Of a stretch of DNA of 41,484 nucleotides, positions 1 through 9,591 are shown piece by piece. The position numbers and the translations under genes were made by a program. This DNA is from Chrysochromulina tobinii. Taxonomy: Eukaryota. Positions within the stretch are counted from its first letter, which is position 1. Each line of letters begins with the position of its first letter. The notes under the pieces are model-generated. The model ran no database searches. It was not told where the DNA came from and worked only from the letters and a program-made list of their open reading frames with translations. The DNA is taken from the NCBI GenBank assembly GCA_001275005.1, contig JWZX01002746.1:1-41484 (forward strand). The letters are read 5' to 3'.

Positions 1-160
1 CGTCGCAGGGAAATCGCAGAGGCGGCGCAAAGGCCAGAGCAGTCGTAGAGGCGTCGTCGGCAAAAGCGATCGTGGCGCCGTTGCGGGGGCGTCGCGTGGA
101 CAGGCGTCGCAGTCAAGTCGAGTCGAGGCGTCACAAAGGTGTCGCAGAGGCGTCACGAAA
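1..160. repeat. Degenerate ~11-bp repeat tract (GCGTCGCAGAG-like)
   Basis: Variants cgtcgcaggg, atcgcagagg, gtcgtagaggcgtcg, ggcgtcgcag, ggcgtcacaaagg and gtcgcagaggcgtcac. Confidence 0.55.
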
Positions 161-968
161 GAGCGCTGCTGCATGAGCAGAGTCAAGAGCAGTTGACGAT
201 TGTCCACCTAGCATCCACGTGGGCTGCGAGTGAGTCTGCGGTCATCGTGCGAGTGCACGGGTTGGGTTTCGATGAGATGCATCGTGGCGATCTGCTCGAG
301 GCAGACCGCTCTCCGAGTTACGTGCGCTAACGCGCGGTGGTTCGGTGGCTCACTGATGCAATGGGGGCGGCCTAGGCCGTCTCTCCGCATTGTCACGTGG
401 CTCTTGGAGAAAGTTACCCGAACTTGCCCCGCATATTTATGAAAGTGAGCGGGAATTTGAAACGCGGGGACGCACGACTTGACGGGGGAGCGGATTTGCG
501 TGGTGCGCTGCAGGGGAGAGGTGGAGAGCGGCCATCGCCATCGGTGATCGGAGCATCGGAGCGGGCCCTCCCCCCGCTTCCCCCGCGCCCCAATTGCCCC
601 GCCCGCCGCAATCGCGCAATGCCCCCCCCGAGGTGACGCGTGATCTGGGACGGGGCGGCCCTCGCACTCGTGCGATGTGCTAAGGAATATAAATTATTCG
701 CATTTGCTAGTCATTTGCACTATCAATGCGCGCGTCTGCGCCGAGAGCACGCTGGCAAGGCGCCAGCGTCCTCAGAGACCTCTCACGGAGTATGCTCTCG
801 CGCATGTCACGCTCACACTTATCATGTGATGTGGCCTGGCCCTACAGTCGACTGTAGCGCCCGAGACTTATGCCCGTGGCCCTAGCAAGCACGTGCCGCG
901 CAGCCGAGGTAAGGGAAGCAGTGTTGGACTCAGCAGCCGTCGCGGCCATTCCAACAACAGATCTCAGC

Positions 969-1477
969 TTACTTCATCGTGTTGAGGTACGCAATCACCT
1001 GTGAGGCGGAGAGCAGATGTGAGTATTGCGCGAGAGCGTGCTGCTCGGTCGGTGTGCTCGAGAACGATGCTCTTTCGCCTCTTGCTGGGAGAAGACTGTG
1101 CGGCATCGCAGGTCCTGACGCGCGCAGCTCGTCGCCGCTGCCGCCGCCGTTGCCGCACGCGGTTGCGGAAGGTGGGGCGCGCGTACATCGGCGCGGTCCT
1201 GCTCCTTCTTGAAACCCGGGAACGCCATGTTGGTGCCCTTGATGTATTTCTTCGGGTTCTCAAGGTAATCGAACATCGTCTGATTGCTCCAGGTGATGCC
1301 CGAGCTTTTGTTGGCGTCGGTGTACTTGAAGCCGGAGACCTGGCCCGACTGACGGCCGATCACGCCGAACAGGTTGGGGCCCTGCTTGTTGGGGCCACCC
1401 TCGTTGCACGTGTGGCAGGTCGCACACTTGGCCTTGAAGATCTTCGCGCCGGACTCAGCCTTGCCAGAATCGCACAT
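969..1477 (-). CDS. CYC1: Mitochondrial cytochrome c, 2 exons (1477-1187, 998-969), about 106 aa
   Basis: Translation [23 protein letters not shown]...[13 protein letters not shown]...[27 protein letters not shown] has the CxxCH heme motif and axial Met. A phase-0 GT-AG intron (1186-999) joins to VIAYLNTMK*, the expected C-terminal helix. Confidence 0.96.
999..1186 (-). other. Spliceosomal intron of cytochrome c (188 bp, GT-AG)
   Basis: Donor GAT|GTACGC, branch-like TACTCAC, acceptor CTCACAG|GTG. Splicing restores the conserved cytochrome c C-terminus. Confidence 0.9.
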
Positions 1478-1771
1478 GGTTCTGTGGGCGCACACACGAG
1501 GCGACCATGCTCAGCGCAGGCCACACGCGCGGACTGCGCACGAAGGCGCGCGCAGGACTGGGTCTCAATGGAGAAAGGTAGGCATGCTTCTTGTGATCGT
1601 CGATGCAAACTCGGCGAAACCATATGAATATGAGGGAGGCGACTGAGAGGGAGGCCCAAAAAATTTCCGAGATCGAGAAGAGTTCCCGATGAAACAAGGC
1701 AGCTTCGAATTGCGCAACCACAACTGCATCAACGGGCGCCGTGTTGAACTACCTCGTGTCACTCATCCAAC

Positions 1772-2245
1772 ATGTCCGACAAGAAGGAGAAGAAGGAGAA
1801 GAAGGAGAAGCGCAAGCGTGAGGAGGACGAGGGCGACAGCGACGACGACGGCCCCAAGAAGATTCGGCTAGTGTCGCCGATTGCCAATCCGCTCGCCGAT
1901 AAGAAGCTGCTCAAGAAGGTGCTCAAGTGCGTCAAGGCAGCGGCCAAGGAGAAGGCCATCCGGCGCGGCGTCAAGGAGGTGGTCAAGGCGCTCAAGAAGG
2001 GCGAGTCAGGCCTGTCGATCATCGCCGGCGACATATCGCCCATTGAGGTGATTGCGCACGTCCCCATCCTGTGCGAGGAGAAGAACATCGCCTACGTCTA
2101 CGTGCCCTCCAAGGAGGATCTCGGAGCTGCGTCGCTCACCAAGAGGCCGACGAGCATCGTTATGATCACCAGCAAACCAGCCTATGCGGACGCGTACGCC
2201 GAATGCGAAAAGGCGATGCGAGCAGTATTGCCTAGCTTTGGATAA
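1772..2245 (+). CDS. NHP2: H/ACA snoRNP subunit NHP2 (L7Ae/L30e family)
   Basis: SPIANPLADKKL, RRGVKEVVKALKKGE, AGDISPIEVIAHVPILCEE and YVYVPSKEDLGAASLTKRPTS are NHP2-type L7Ae motifs. The N-terminus is KKE-rich. Confidence 0.93.
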   Translation: MSDKKEKKEKKEKRKREEDEGDSDDDGPKKIRLVSPIANPLADKKLLKKVLKCVKAAAKEKAIRRGVKEVVKALKKGESGLSIIAGDISPIEVIAHVPILCEEKNIAYVYVPSKEDLGAASLTKRPTSIVMITSKPAYADAYAECEKAMRAVLPSFG

Positions 2246-2579
2246 AAACGTGCTGGTGCTCGCGGCTGGGACCGTTTCGTCCCGGCGAGCACTGCTGTGT
2301 ACTGAATCTTATCGAAGGGCAACTCGTGTATAAATCCAGGGAGAGTAACCATGATGAGCATGCATAGAGACTAATACAGATCATGATGAGAAAAGCGCTA
2401 ACGTAACGGAAGTCTCTTCCGCCTCAAGCCGTTCTCTTAAGGTCATTTTGCTGGTCCTGAGCAGGGGCCACTCTATCGGCCGTCATCTCGACGTCTCTCT
2501 CGCTCGCTATCAGAGCAACGCGCGCCGGCCTCCGGGTCGCCGCCCCAGCTGTGCGCCTTTCCTTCGCACCACCATCGGC

Positions 2580-3638
2580 TCATGCGAGGTCGGTGGGCCC
2601 CGCCATGCCCTCCTCCTCCTCGCCCTCCTCCGCATCACCATCCACCTCAGTGTTCTGTGCGTCGAGTGCCGACATCAGGTTGGCGAGCAGCTTGTCGTCG
2701 CGCTCATCGACGGCGCGCGGCGCGGCCTTCACCTGCAGCTCACCCTTGAACTTGCGGATCTCCTCGCGGATGGCGTCGATCGCCTGTCCGAGGACCTCGA
2801 TGCCCTTGTTCTTGTCGAGCGCCGAGCAGAGCATCACGTAGAGCGGCGGAGCGACTAGCTTGATCTTCAGCGGCATGTCGTCCGTGCCGAGGCTGATGCC
2901 CTTCATCAGCGCCCCCTTGATCGCGTTGATCCCCTCGTAGTTGAAGCATGTCACCTCGATGTCCGCGCGGCACTTGATCGCCGTCGGCGTCATGCGCTTC
3001 GCGATATTCTCAAGAAGCAAGCCGCGCAGCTCATCGGTCAATTCGGGCGTGTTGGAGGCGTTGAAGATCGAGTCCGGGTCCGAAATGCAGGCGCAAAAGG
3101 CGGTGTATGCGTGCCCGAACTTGGCGTACAGCGGCCACGCCGACACCTTGTACAACGCCTCCATGTCCATGTGCGTCACCTCGGACACGTGCCGGATGAT
3201 AGAGTGCACCGACCTGGAGCGCTGGAAGCGCTCCTCGCATTTAGCGACGTCCTCGGGCGACACGCGGCGCTTGGACAGGTCGATGTAGCCCTTTTCCTGA
3301 TCCACGCGCAGCACCATGCACACCTCCTGCCTGCCCACCCGGATCAGCTTATTGATCGAGCGGATGCGCCGGCGTGACACCTCCGAGAGCAGGATCATGC
3401 CCTCGCTGTTATTGTACTCGAGCAGGCGCACGTACGCGCCCATCTCAGCGATGGAGGTCACCTGCACCATCACGACGTCATCGATCTCCGGGAAAGCGTT
3501 CTCGTACATCCGGCAGCTCATGTAATACGCGTGTCCGCTGCCGCCTGCAGCACCAGTGTCGGCGCCCTCCTCGCCCTGATCCTTCTCGTCGCCCTCCTCG
3601 CCCTCCTCGTCATCATCGTCCATGTTCTCACGAGGCAT
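2580..3638 (-). CDS. EIF2S1: Eukaryotic translation initiation factor 2 alpha subunit
   Basis: CRMYENAFPEIDDVVMVQV, MGAYVRLLEYNN, EGMILLSEVSRRRIRSINKLIRVGR (Ser51 loop), KGYIDLSKRRV and IKLVAPPLYV. Start is ATG 3638 or ATG 3623. Confidence 0.96.
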   Translation of the reverse strand: MPRENMDDDDEEGEEGDEKDQGEEGADTGAAGGSGHAYYMSCRMYENAFPEIDDVVMVQVTSIAEMGAYVRLLEYNNSEGMILLSEVSRRRIRSINKLIRVGRQEVCMVLRVDQEKGYIDLSKRRVSPEDVAKCEERFQRSRSVHSIIRHVSEVTHMDMEALYKVSAWPLYAKFGHAYTAFCACISDPDSIFNASNTPELTDELRGLLLENIAKRMTPTAIKCRADIEVTCFNYEGINAIKGALMKGISLGTDDMPLKIKLVAPPLYVMLCSALDKNKGIEVLGQAIDAIREEIRKFKGELQVKAAPRAVDERDDKLLANLMSALDAQNTEVDGDAEEGEEEEGMAGPTDLA

Positions 3639-3849
3639 CGTCCGCAAGCGGTTGCGCGCGCGCTCGCAGGATAGAGCCGCTCAGGCACTCGACACCGCGC
3701 CAGAAGCCCTTCGGACTCGGCGGAGGACCGACGCGACTCGAGAGAATGCAACTAAACGCGTGTGAACAGACCTCTTTCCGCGCGCGCGCCTTTCGCATCG
3801 ATGACGCTGATTCGCGAAACTACGTCTCTTCATAGTTCCTACGCGCAAG

Positions 3850-4932
3850 ATGGAAACCCAGGAGACGAGCCGGAGCGAGGGCTGCGAGCCGCCCGTCTTC
3901 AAGAAGCCGAAGCAGCGCAATAAGCACGTCCGCGCGCGACCATCGGATGATGCCAACGCCGAGGCCGACGACGCTGACGCTGACGGTGCGAGCGGCGGCA
4001 GCAGCGTCGTGCGCTCCGCAAAGACGGCGAAGCCAAACCCACTGGTGCAGTCGACTGGCGGCAGCAGCAGCGGTGGATCGCTGCAAAAGGAGCTCGCGTA
4101 CGGATCGGACGTGCGGCTCACATCGTACGATAACAAGGCGACCGCGAGCAGCGAGCAGGACGTCGAGCATGGCCGCGATGCACAGGCCCAGTATGAGGAG
4201 GCCAAGACGATGTGGGATGATGGTGGCGACGTGGCCGCCGACGGCTCCAAGATCTACCGCGGCGCCAAGGCGTACCGGCAATACACGGGCAAGGCCGAAT
4301 CGTACGACCGCATGGTCAACAGCGGCGCCGGCCCCGCACGCGCGCCCGTGCACTACCGCGCGACATCGCGATTCGACTACCAACCCGACATTTGCAAGGA
4401 CTACAAGGACACGGGCTTCTGCGGCTACGGCGACGCGTGCAAGTTCCTGCACGACCGCTCCGACTACAAGACCGGCTGGCAGCTCGAACGGCAGTGGGAC
4501 GCTGAGCAGAAGGCCAAAGCGCATGCACTCGCGCTCGCTGCATTCGAAGAGTCTGAAGGCGGTAGCAAGGCCGGCAGCAGCGGTAGCGCCGCCGCCGCCA
4601 AGGACGATGGGCTGCCGTTTGCGTGCCTCATCTGCCGCGAGCCCTGGCATGCCAAGTCCAGCCCGGTCGTTACCAAATGCGAGCACTACTTTTGCGAGCG
4701 GTGCGCACTGCAGCATGCGGCCAAGACGAAGCGCTGCCACGTGTGCGCGGAGAACACGCACGGCATCTTCAACAAGGCAACGGCAATCCAGGAGAAGATC
4801 GACGCGATGGCGAGTGCCCTGGCGGTCGAGGCGAGCGGCGGCCTCACCGATGAGCAGATCTTGGCTGAGTACGAGGCGGAGAAGAAGAAGGGCAAGGACC
4901 GAGGAGGGCACGCAGGCTGGGCTATTGTGTGA
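3850..4932 (+). CDS. RNF113A: Pre-mRNA splicing factor RNF113A/Cwc24 (CCCH zinc finger + RING)
   Basis: GPARAP...DYQPDICKDYKDTGFCGYGDACKFLHDRSDYKTGWQL (CCCH) and LPFACLICR...VVTKCEHYFCERCAL...CHVC...THGIFNKA (RING). Confidence 0.95.
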   Translation: METQETSRSEGCEPPVFKKPKQRNKHVRARPSDDANAEADDADADGASGGSSVVRSAKTAKPNPLVQSTGGSSSGGSLQKELAYGSDVRLTSYDNKATASSEQDVEHGRDAQAQYEEAKTMWDDGGDVAADGSKIYRGAKAYRQYTGKAESYDRMVNSGAGPARAPVHYRATSRFDYQPDICKDYKDTGFCGYGDACKFLHDRSDYKTGWQLERQWDAEQKAKAHALALAAFEESEGGSKAGSSGSAAAAKDDGLPFACLICREPWHAKSSPVVTKCEHYFCERCALQHAAKTKRCHVCAENTHGIFNKATAIQEKIDAMASALAVEASGGLTDEQILAEYEAEKKKGKDRGGHAGWAIV

Positions 4933-5005
4933 AAGTATCGAGAAATGATCCAGTGACGTCGGGGTTTAGACAAAGCTTATGACTACCTACGGGCTTTCGT
5001 TACGA

Positions 5006-5533
5006 TTATACTCTCTTACTCCACAGAGGCTTTATTGTGCCAAGTCTAGTTATGATAAAAAGGCGAACGTCAGCGATGTGGCTTCCGCCACGCAGTGCCG
5101 AAAAGCAGACGGCCTCACCAACGGCGAGTAGACCGACGAGCGAGCACACAAAGATGACCAGGCTAGTCGTGAAATCGTCGTGGTCATCCTCGTAGTAACC
5201 GTCCCCTGCGTCATCATCATCGTCGCCATCGTCCGGTGCGCCCGCCGGCAGGTAGCCTGCCCACGCAGGCACATCGATGTTGTCGCGTGATCCGCAATGG
5301 TCCTCAATGTGAATGTCGACGCCCTGCAAGGCGGCCGCCGTATCTTCGCCGCCCTCGTTAGATGCAGAGGCTGGCGTGATGCTCATTCGGTGCAGGCTGA
5401 GGACCCGACCGAAAAGAAGCCCCTCCTCAGTTCCCTCCTCACGCGGCGGGTCGTCGTATTCATACTTGTAAGATCTTCGGTTCTTCGTGATGTACCGACA
5501 AGTCAAGTCGACACGCCCGAGCATCCCTGTCAT
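5006..5533 (-). CDS. Possible small hypothetical membrane protein (175 aa)
   Basis: ATG-initiated ORF that fills the gap between RNF113A and the next gene. An acidic tract precedes one hydrophobic helix (SLVIFVCSLVGLLAVGEAVCF). No recognisable family. Confidence 0.3.
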   Translation of the reverse strand: MTGMLGRVDLTCRYITKNRRSYKYEYDDPPREEGTEEGLLFGRVLSLHRMSITPASASNEGGEDTAAALQGVDIHIEDHCGSRDNIDVPAWAGYLPAGAPDDGDDDDDAGDGYYEDDHDDFTTSLVIFVCSLVGLLAVGEAVCFSALRGGSHIADVRLFIITRLGTIKPLWSKRV

Positions 5534-5640
5534 GATCTTGGGGCTTCAACTCCTAATAGTAATAAAGATATTTACGGGTGGGTCGACTGTGATGCGGCGG
5601 GTACCTACTGGAGTCCCTGGTTTGGATCACGGCGTCGAGC

Positions 5641-8600
5641 ATGCACGGCACACTCTCGGTAGTCCTCCAGCACATTGATGGCGTCAGTGACGAGGACGTC
5701 AAAGGCGGCCCAGTCTATTGCTGCGTGCGGCTCAAGCAGCCACATCGCTTCCTCTTCTTGCGCTCGGACCCAGCCGACCTCTCCAGCGGAGCAGCTACTC
5801 TCGACCAGGAGCTTCTCTTCGATGGAGTCATTCTGTCACCAAACGCCGAGGGCACTCTCATCGTCGACGTGTGCACCGATGACGAGATGTGTAAATCCAG
5901 GCTCATCGGAAAGATCCGCTTGCTGCTCGAGGAGCTGCCGAGCGCTTCGCAGGCGTTTACACTCCTTTCAGGCCAGCTGACGCTCAAGTGCGAGCTCGCG
6001 GCTGCGCCCGAGCCCGAGACCTACGAGAACACAGAGCCGACCGGGGTGGCAATCGCAGGCAAGAAGCTACCGCTGCCTCCTTCATCAACCAGCGGCAAGC
6101 CGCCCCTGCCGCCGCCGTCTGCGGCCGCCAAGCCGGCGCTTCCGGCGCTCGTGCCGTCGGCAGCGTTTGGGGGGGACAAACTGACTCCAAAGACCAAAGT
6201 GGCCACGTCAGACATTGAAGATCGCCTGCGGCGCGCTCGCGGCATGACGGAGGCGCTGCAGACGAAGCTGGCCCTGCCGCCTAACAACGCCGCACCGGCG
6301 TCGGTGCCGCCCGCGCCCGCTGCGCCGGGGCCACCTCCCAAGACGGCGCCCGATGCGTCAGGGCTACCGCCCAAGACGGGCGACAAGCCGGATGCGGACG
6401 AGATGGACTCATTCCACTTCTGCGGGCAGCGCGCACGCCCGCGCAAGAAGATCGAGTACGCGCCGAAGGTGCACGAGACGTATCTCAAGCCGCCGCACTC
6501 GCTGCTGTCACGCTGGGGCGCGGGCGTCAACGTCGAAGCAGAGTGCTGCGAGCAGAGCGCTCTGTATGTGCTCGATGCGACTGAGCAGACGCAGATCTCC
6601 GAGTGCAAGGGCTGCCGCATCGTGATCGCGCCGGTCAACGGCTCTGCCTTCCTTATCGAGTGCGTCGACTGCATCATCTCGGTCGCCGCGCGCCAGATCC
6701 GGCTGCGCGACTGCGTCAACTGCGAGCTGCGTGTGTGGGCGCCATCCGACACAGCGCTCATCATCGAGACTTGCGATCACCTGTCGCTCGGGGAATGGGA
6801 ACTCGAGTACGATGGCCTCGAGGAGCAGTTTGGGCTCGCGCGCATCGACGCGACGAAGCCCAATTATTGGGACAAGGTATACGACTTCTCGCCCAGCGCA
6901 AATAGGAGCGAGAAGCACTACACGCTGCTGCCCAAGCGCACCGGCGCGCCGGTGCGGCTCGATGTGACGCCGGAGGGGCTTCACGGCGGGCGCGTGGTCG
7001 AGAGGGGAGCGGACGCAAAGACGGTCGCGCTGCTAGCGGCCGTCAACGGGGCGGCGCTGGTGGAGGACGAGGAGGCGGCGTCGGACGTGACGCCCGTCGC
7101 GCTGCAGCCCTCGGAGCCGGTGCCGCCCATCCCGCCGCCGCCACCGCCGCCGCCGCCACCGCCCGTCGCCACGCCGCCGCCCATCGCCGCGTCCACGTCG
7201 GAGCAGGAAGCTTACCTTGACGACTACGATGACGACCAGGAGGAGAGCGCCGGCGCGGCCCTCGTGCAACCCTCTCCGACGAGTTCAAAGGGCTCGCCGA
7301 CACGGCGCCCTTCCGCCTGGTCGGCGGCGATGGCGACCTCACCCGGGGGTCGCTCATTCACACTGCCGGACTATGACGATGCTGAGGATATCGAGGAGGT
7401 CGAGGACGCCATCGAGGCGTTCGTCGAAGACGACGACGAGGCCACCGCACCCGCGGCTTCGAGCAAAGGCTTCGTGGTCGGCTCCGTGAGCGGCGCGGTG
7501 GGCGGCGGCAGCGGCAGCGGCGGCGGCAGCGGCAGCGGCAGCGGCAGCGGCAGCGGCAGCGGCAGCGGCAGCGGCAGCGGCGGCAGCACTGCTGCGGCCG
7601 ACAGCGGCAACGGCGCTCGCGGCAGCACCAGCAGTAGCCCGGGTAGCCATGCGAACGCCACGAGCCCCAGCAGCACGAGTGGCCGTCATTTGCGCGGTCC
7701 GCAGCTGCCGCCACTCAGACAATCGCCAGCGTCCAAGCTGCCCTTACCTGCCGCGACGCTCTCGCCGCCTGGTGCGGCAGCCCCTCTGTCGCCTCTCAGT
7801 CCTCTGAGATCGTCACCCCAAACGGCTTCTGTGACGACGCGCGACGACCTTCGCGAAGACGCCCGGCAGCGCGCGGCCGCGGCCACGGGTGCGCCGGTCC
7901 CGTCGGCGGTGGCGATGCGCACGCTCGGCGCGAGCGCAGACGATGCAGAGGAGGTAGAGGATCTCGACGTCGAGATCTACGAGGAGGAGTTCGAGGATCT
8001 CGACGTCGAGGAGGATGAGGGCGACGATGAGGCCGGCGCGGCCGGTGGAGGTACCGGGACCGACACAGGTCCCGGCACCGGTCCCGGCACCAAGATCGGT
8101 AGCCTTGTGGAGCGCGCGGCGGCCGCGGCGGCGAAGGATACGGAATGGGCTCGACGAGTAGACGGCTTCGTCCAGACCCGTGTGCTCGGCTATGAGTCGC
8201 TCTCCAAAGGGGCACAAGCGAAGCTGCACGGGACCTTCCAGGAAGTGGTGGACGAGGTCCTCGAGGCACTCCTCGAGGCCACGGGCATCGAAGGCGAGGC
8301 GCTGCTGCACGAGGTGATGCAATTGACCCCCGAGTCGCTCCGACTACCGAGCACACACCGCGCACGGGCGCTCCAGATGCTCGCCCTCGACAACGCGAAG
8401 GCTCTGCATACGCTCATGATGAGCGAGCACAGCGCCGCGCTGGCTGACCCAGTGCGCCGCGCCGCGCTCGTCGCCGGCGCGAACGCGACGTGGCAGAGCC
8501 AGGTGCGCATCTTCCACAGCCCTCGCCCCCCTTCCACAGCCCTCCTTCCCACAGACATCCCTTCCACAGCCCTCGCCCCCCTTCCCCAGCCCTCCTTCCC

Positions 8601-8973
8601 ACCGACATCCCTTTTCCACAGCCCGATGACCTCCTCCCCTCCCTCCCCACAGGTGCGCACTTTCCACAGCCAGCACCGGCTCGCCTTCAAAAGTGGCGAT
8701 GGCTCGAGCGTCCTCAGCTGGACGACGATACACGAGCAGTTCCAGGTGGCCTGCGAGGAGGTGCTCGAGGCGGTCATGGAGCGCGCCAAGGCCGACCCGG
8801 AGCAGGTGCTCACCGCGCTCATGGCCAGTGTGCCGGACCTCGCCGCGAGCATCGCGCCACCCGGCCTCACGCCGCTGCCCACACACGCATGGCTGCCTTT
8901 GCGTGCCTTCGTCGAGTACCAGGCCTTCGAGGAGATGATGAAGGCCGATATGAGCGCATGGGAGCAGCCGTGA
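5641..8973 (+). CDS. Multidomain ciliary-type protein: N-terminal C2-like domain, RP2/XRP2 (TBCC, C-CAP/cofactor C) GAP domain, low-complexity linker, two BART/CFAP36-like domains; probable in-frame intron 8503-8652 (about 1060 aa spliced)
   Basis: About 6403-6894 aligns by eye with RP2 (APVNGSAFLIECVDC, AARQIRLRDC vs human CQQFRVRDC, IIET vs IIES, YDGLEEQF, NYWDKVYDFSP vs NTWSNIHDFTP). The C-terminal W..V..F...WTTIHEQF...EEVLE...YQAFEEMM pattern resembles BART domains. The N-terminal beta-rich region resembles C2. Confidence 0.85.
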   Translation: MHGTLSVVLQHIDGVSDEDVKGGPVYCCVRLKQPHRFLFLRSDPADLSSGAATLDQELLFDGVILSPNAEGTLIVDVCTDDEMCKSRLIGKIRLLLEELPSASQAFTLLSGQLTLKCELAAAPEPETYENTEPTGVAIAGKKLPLPPSSTSGKPPLPPPSAAAKPALPALVPSAAFGGDKLTPKTKVATSDIEDRLRRARGMTEALQTKLALPPNNAAPASVPPAPAAPGPPPKTAPDASGLPPKTGDKPDADEMDSFHFCGQRARPRKKIEYAPKVHETYLKPPHSLLSRWGAGVNVEAECCEQSALYVLDATEQTQISECKGCRIVIAPVNGSAFLIECVDCIISVAARQIRLRDCVNCELRVWAPSDTALIIETCDHLSLGEWELEYDGLEEQFGLARIDATKPNYWDKVYDFSPSANRSEKHYTLLPKRTGAPVRLDVTPEGLHGGRVVERGADAKTVALLAAVNGAALVEDEEAASDVTPVALQPSEPVPPIPPPPPPPPPPPVATPPPIAASTSEQEAYLDDYDDDQEESAGAALVQPSPTSSKGSPTRRPSAWSAAMATSPGGRSFTLPDYDDAEDIEEVEDAIEAFVEDDDEATAPAASSKGFVVGSVSGAVGGGSGSGGGSGSGSGSGSGSGSGSGSGGSTAAADSGNGARGSTSSSPGSHANATSPSSTSGRHLRGPQLPPLRQSPASKLPLPAATLSPPGAAAPLSPLSPLRSSPQTASVTTRDDLREDARQRAAAATGAPVPSAVAMRTLGASADDAEEVEDLDVEIYEEEFEDLDVEEDEGDDEAGAAGGGTGTDTGPGTGPGTKIGSLVERAAAAAAKDTEWARRVDGFVQTRVLGYESLSKGAQAKLHGTFQEVVDEVLEALLEATGIEGEALLHEVMQLTPESLRLPSTHRARALQMLALDNAKALHTLMMSEHSAALADPVRRAALVAGANATWQSQVRIFHSPRPPSTALLPTDIPSTALAPLPQPSFPPTSLFHSPMTSSPPSPQVRTFHSQHRLAFKSGDGSSVLSWTTIHEQFQVACEEVLEAVMERAKADPEQVLTALMASVPDLAASIAPPGLTPLPTHAWLPLRAFVEYQAFEEMMKADMSAWEQP
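7501..7587 (+). repeat. (GGCAGC)n coding microsatellite giving a Gly-Ser linker
   Basis: Run of GGC/AGC units translating to GGGSGSGGGSGSGSGSGSGSGSGSGSGGS. Confidence 0.9.
8503..8652 (+). other. Probable 150-bp in-frame, stop-free GT-AG intron built from a 50-bp tandem duplication
   Basis: CAG|GTGCGC ... pyrimidine-rich CCCTCCCCACAG|GTGCGC. 8511-8560 and 8561-8610 match at 48/50 positions. Removal fuses WQSQ/VRTFHSQH and restores a continuous BART-like domain. Confidence 0.8.
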
Positions 8974-9591
8974 GCCTCCTTCCCCAAAACGAGAAGATGG
9001 CGTGCGCGAGTGGCGACCTGGCTCGTGGAGACGGCTCGCTGCATCAAGCGAATGGAAGACTTTCGTGAGTGACTGTGTCGTGCATGTATTCCGGGGCGCA
9101 CTCGCTTTGCTTGCTGGCCGGTAGAAAGTGCTGAATCAACATGGCGGGATATCCATCCAAAATAGGAGGGATTCAATATTATGGCAGGTCCTGTCATGCG
9201 TGTGTTCCAGACCACGACTCACGCTTTCAACACATTAACCGAACCCAAAGCGCAAAGCGGGAGACGAGCGGGTCGTAGCTCGTACACAATGGGCTTCGCA
9301 CAGCCGAGCTTTGGGGCACATATAACTGGATCGATACACACGTGAACAGGTGTCGCGACTCGCTGCCTCGACTCTCAGCAGGTGTCTCTCGACCGGGTCC
9401 GAAATCGAGACCCAGGCCGTAATGGATCGGAAACTACACAATGCATGCAAACAAGTTCCGTAAGAATGTTCAACTTTGACGACATGACGAGTGTCTCAGT
9501 TAGTGTCACCCGCTCCGTGTGCAAGCTCCACGAGGAAGTGAGGCGCGCCTTTATCGGCGAAGCCCTACGCGGCTAAAATTTCGCCCTCTAG

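Noticed and set aside
995..1186. C-terminal extension of the 166-aa cytochrome c ORF
   Set aside because: It is read-through into an intron. Splicing gives the normal C-terminus.
3820..4948. Long antisense and alternate-frame ORFs over RNF113A (likewise 35228-36559, 20559-21557, 16456-17472, 8190-9215, 40429-41124)
   Set aside because: Shadow ORFs expected from high GC3 codon bias, with no recognisable motifs.
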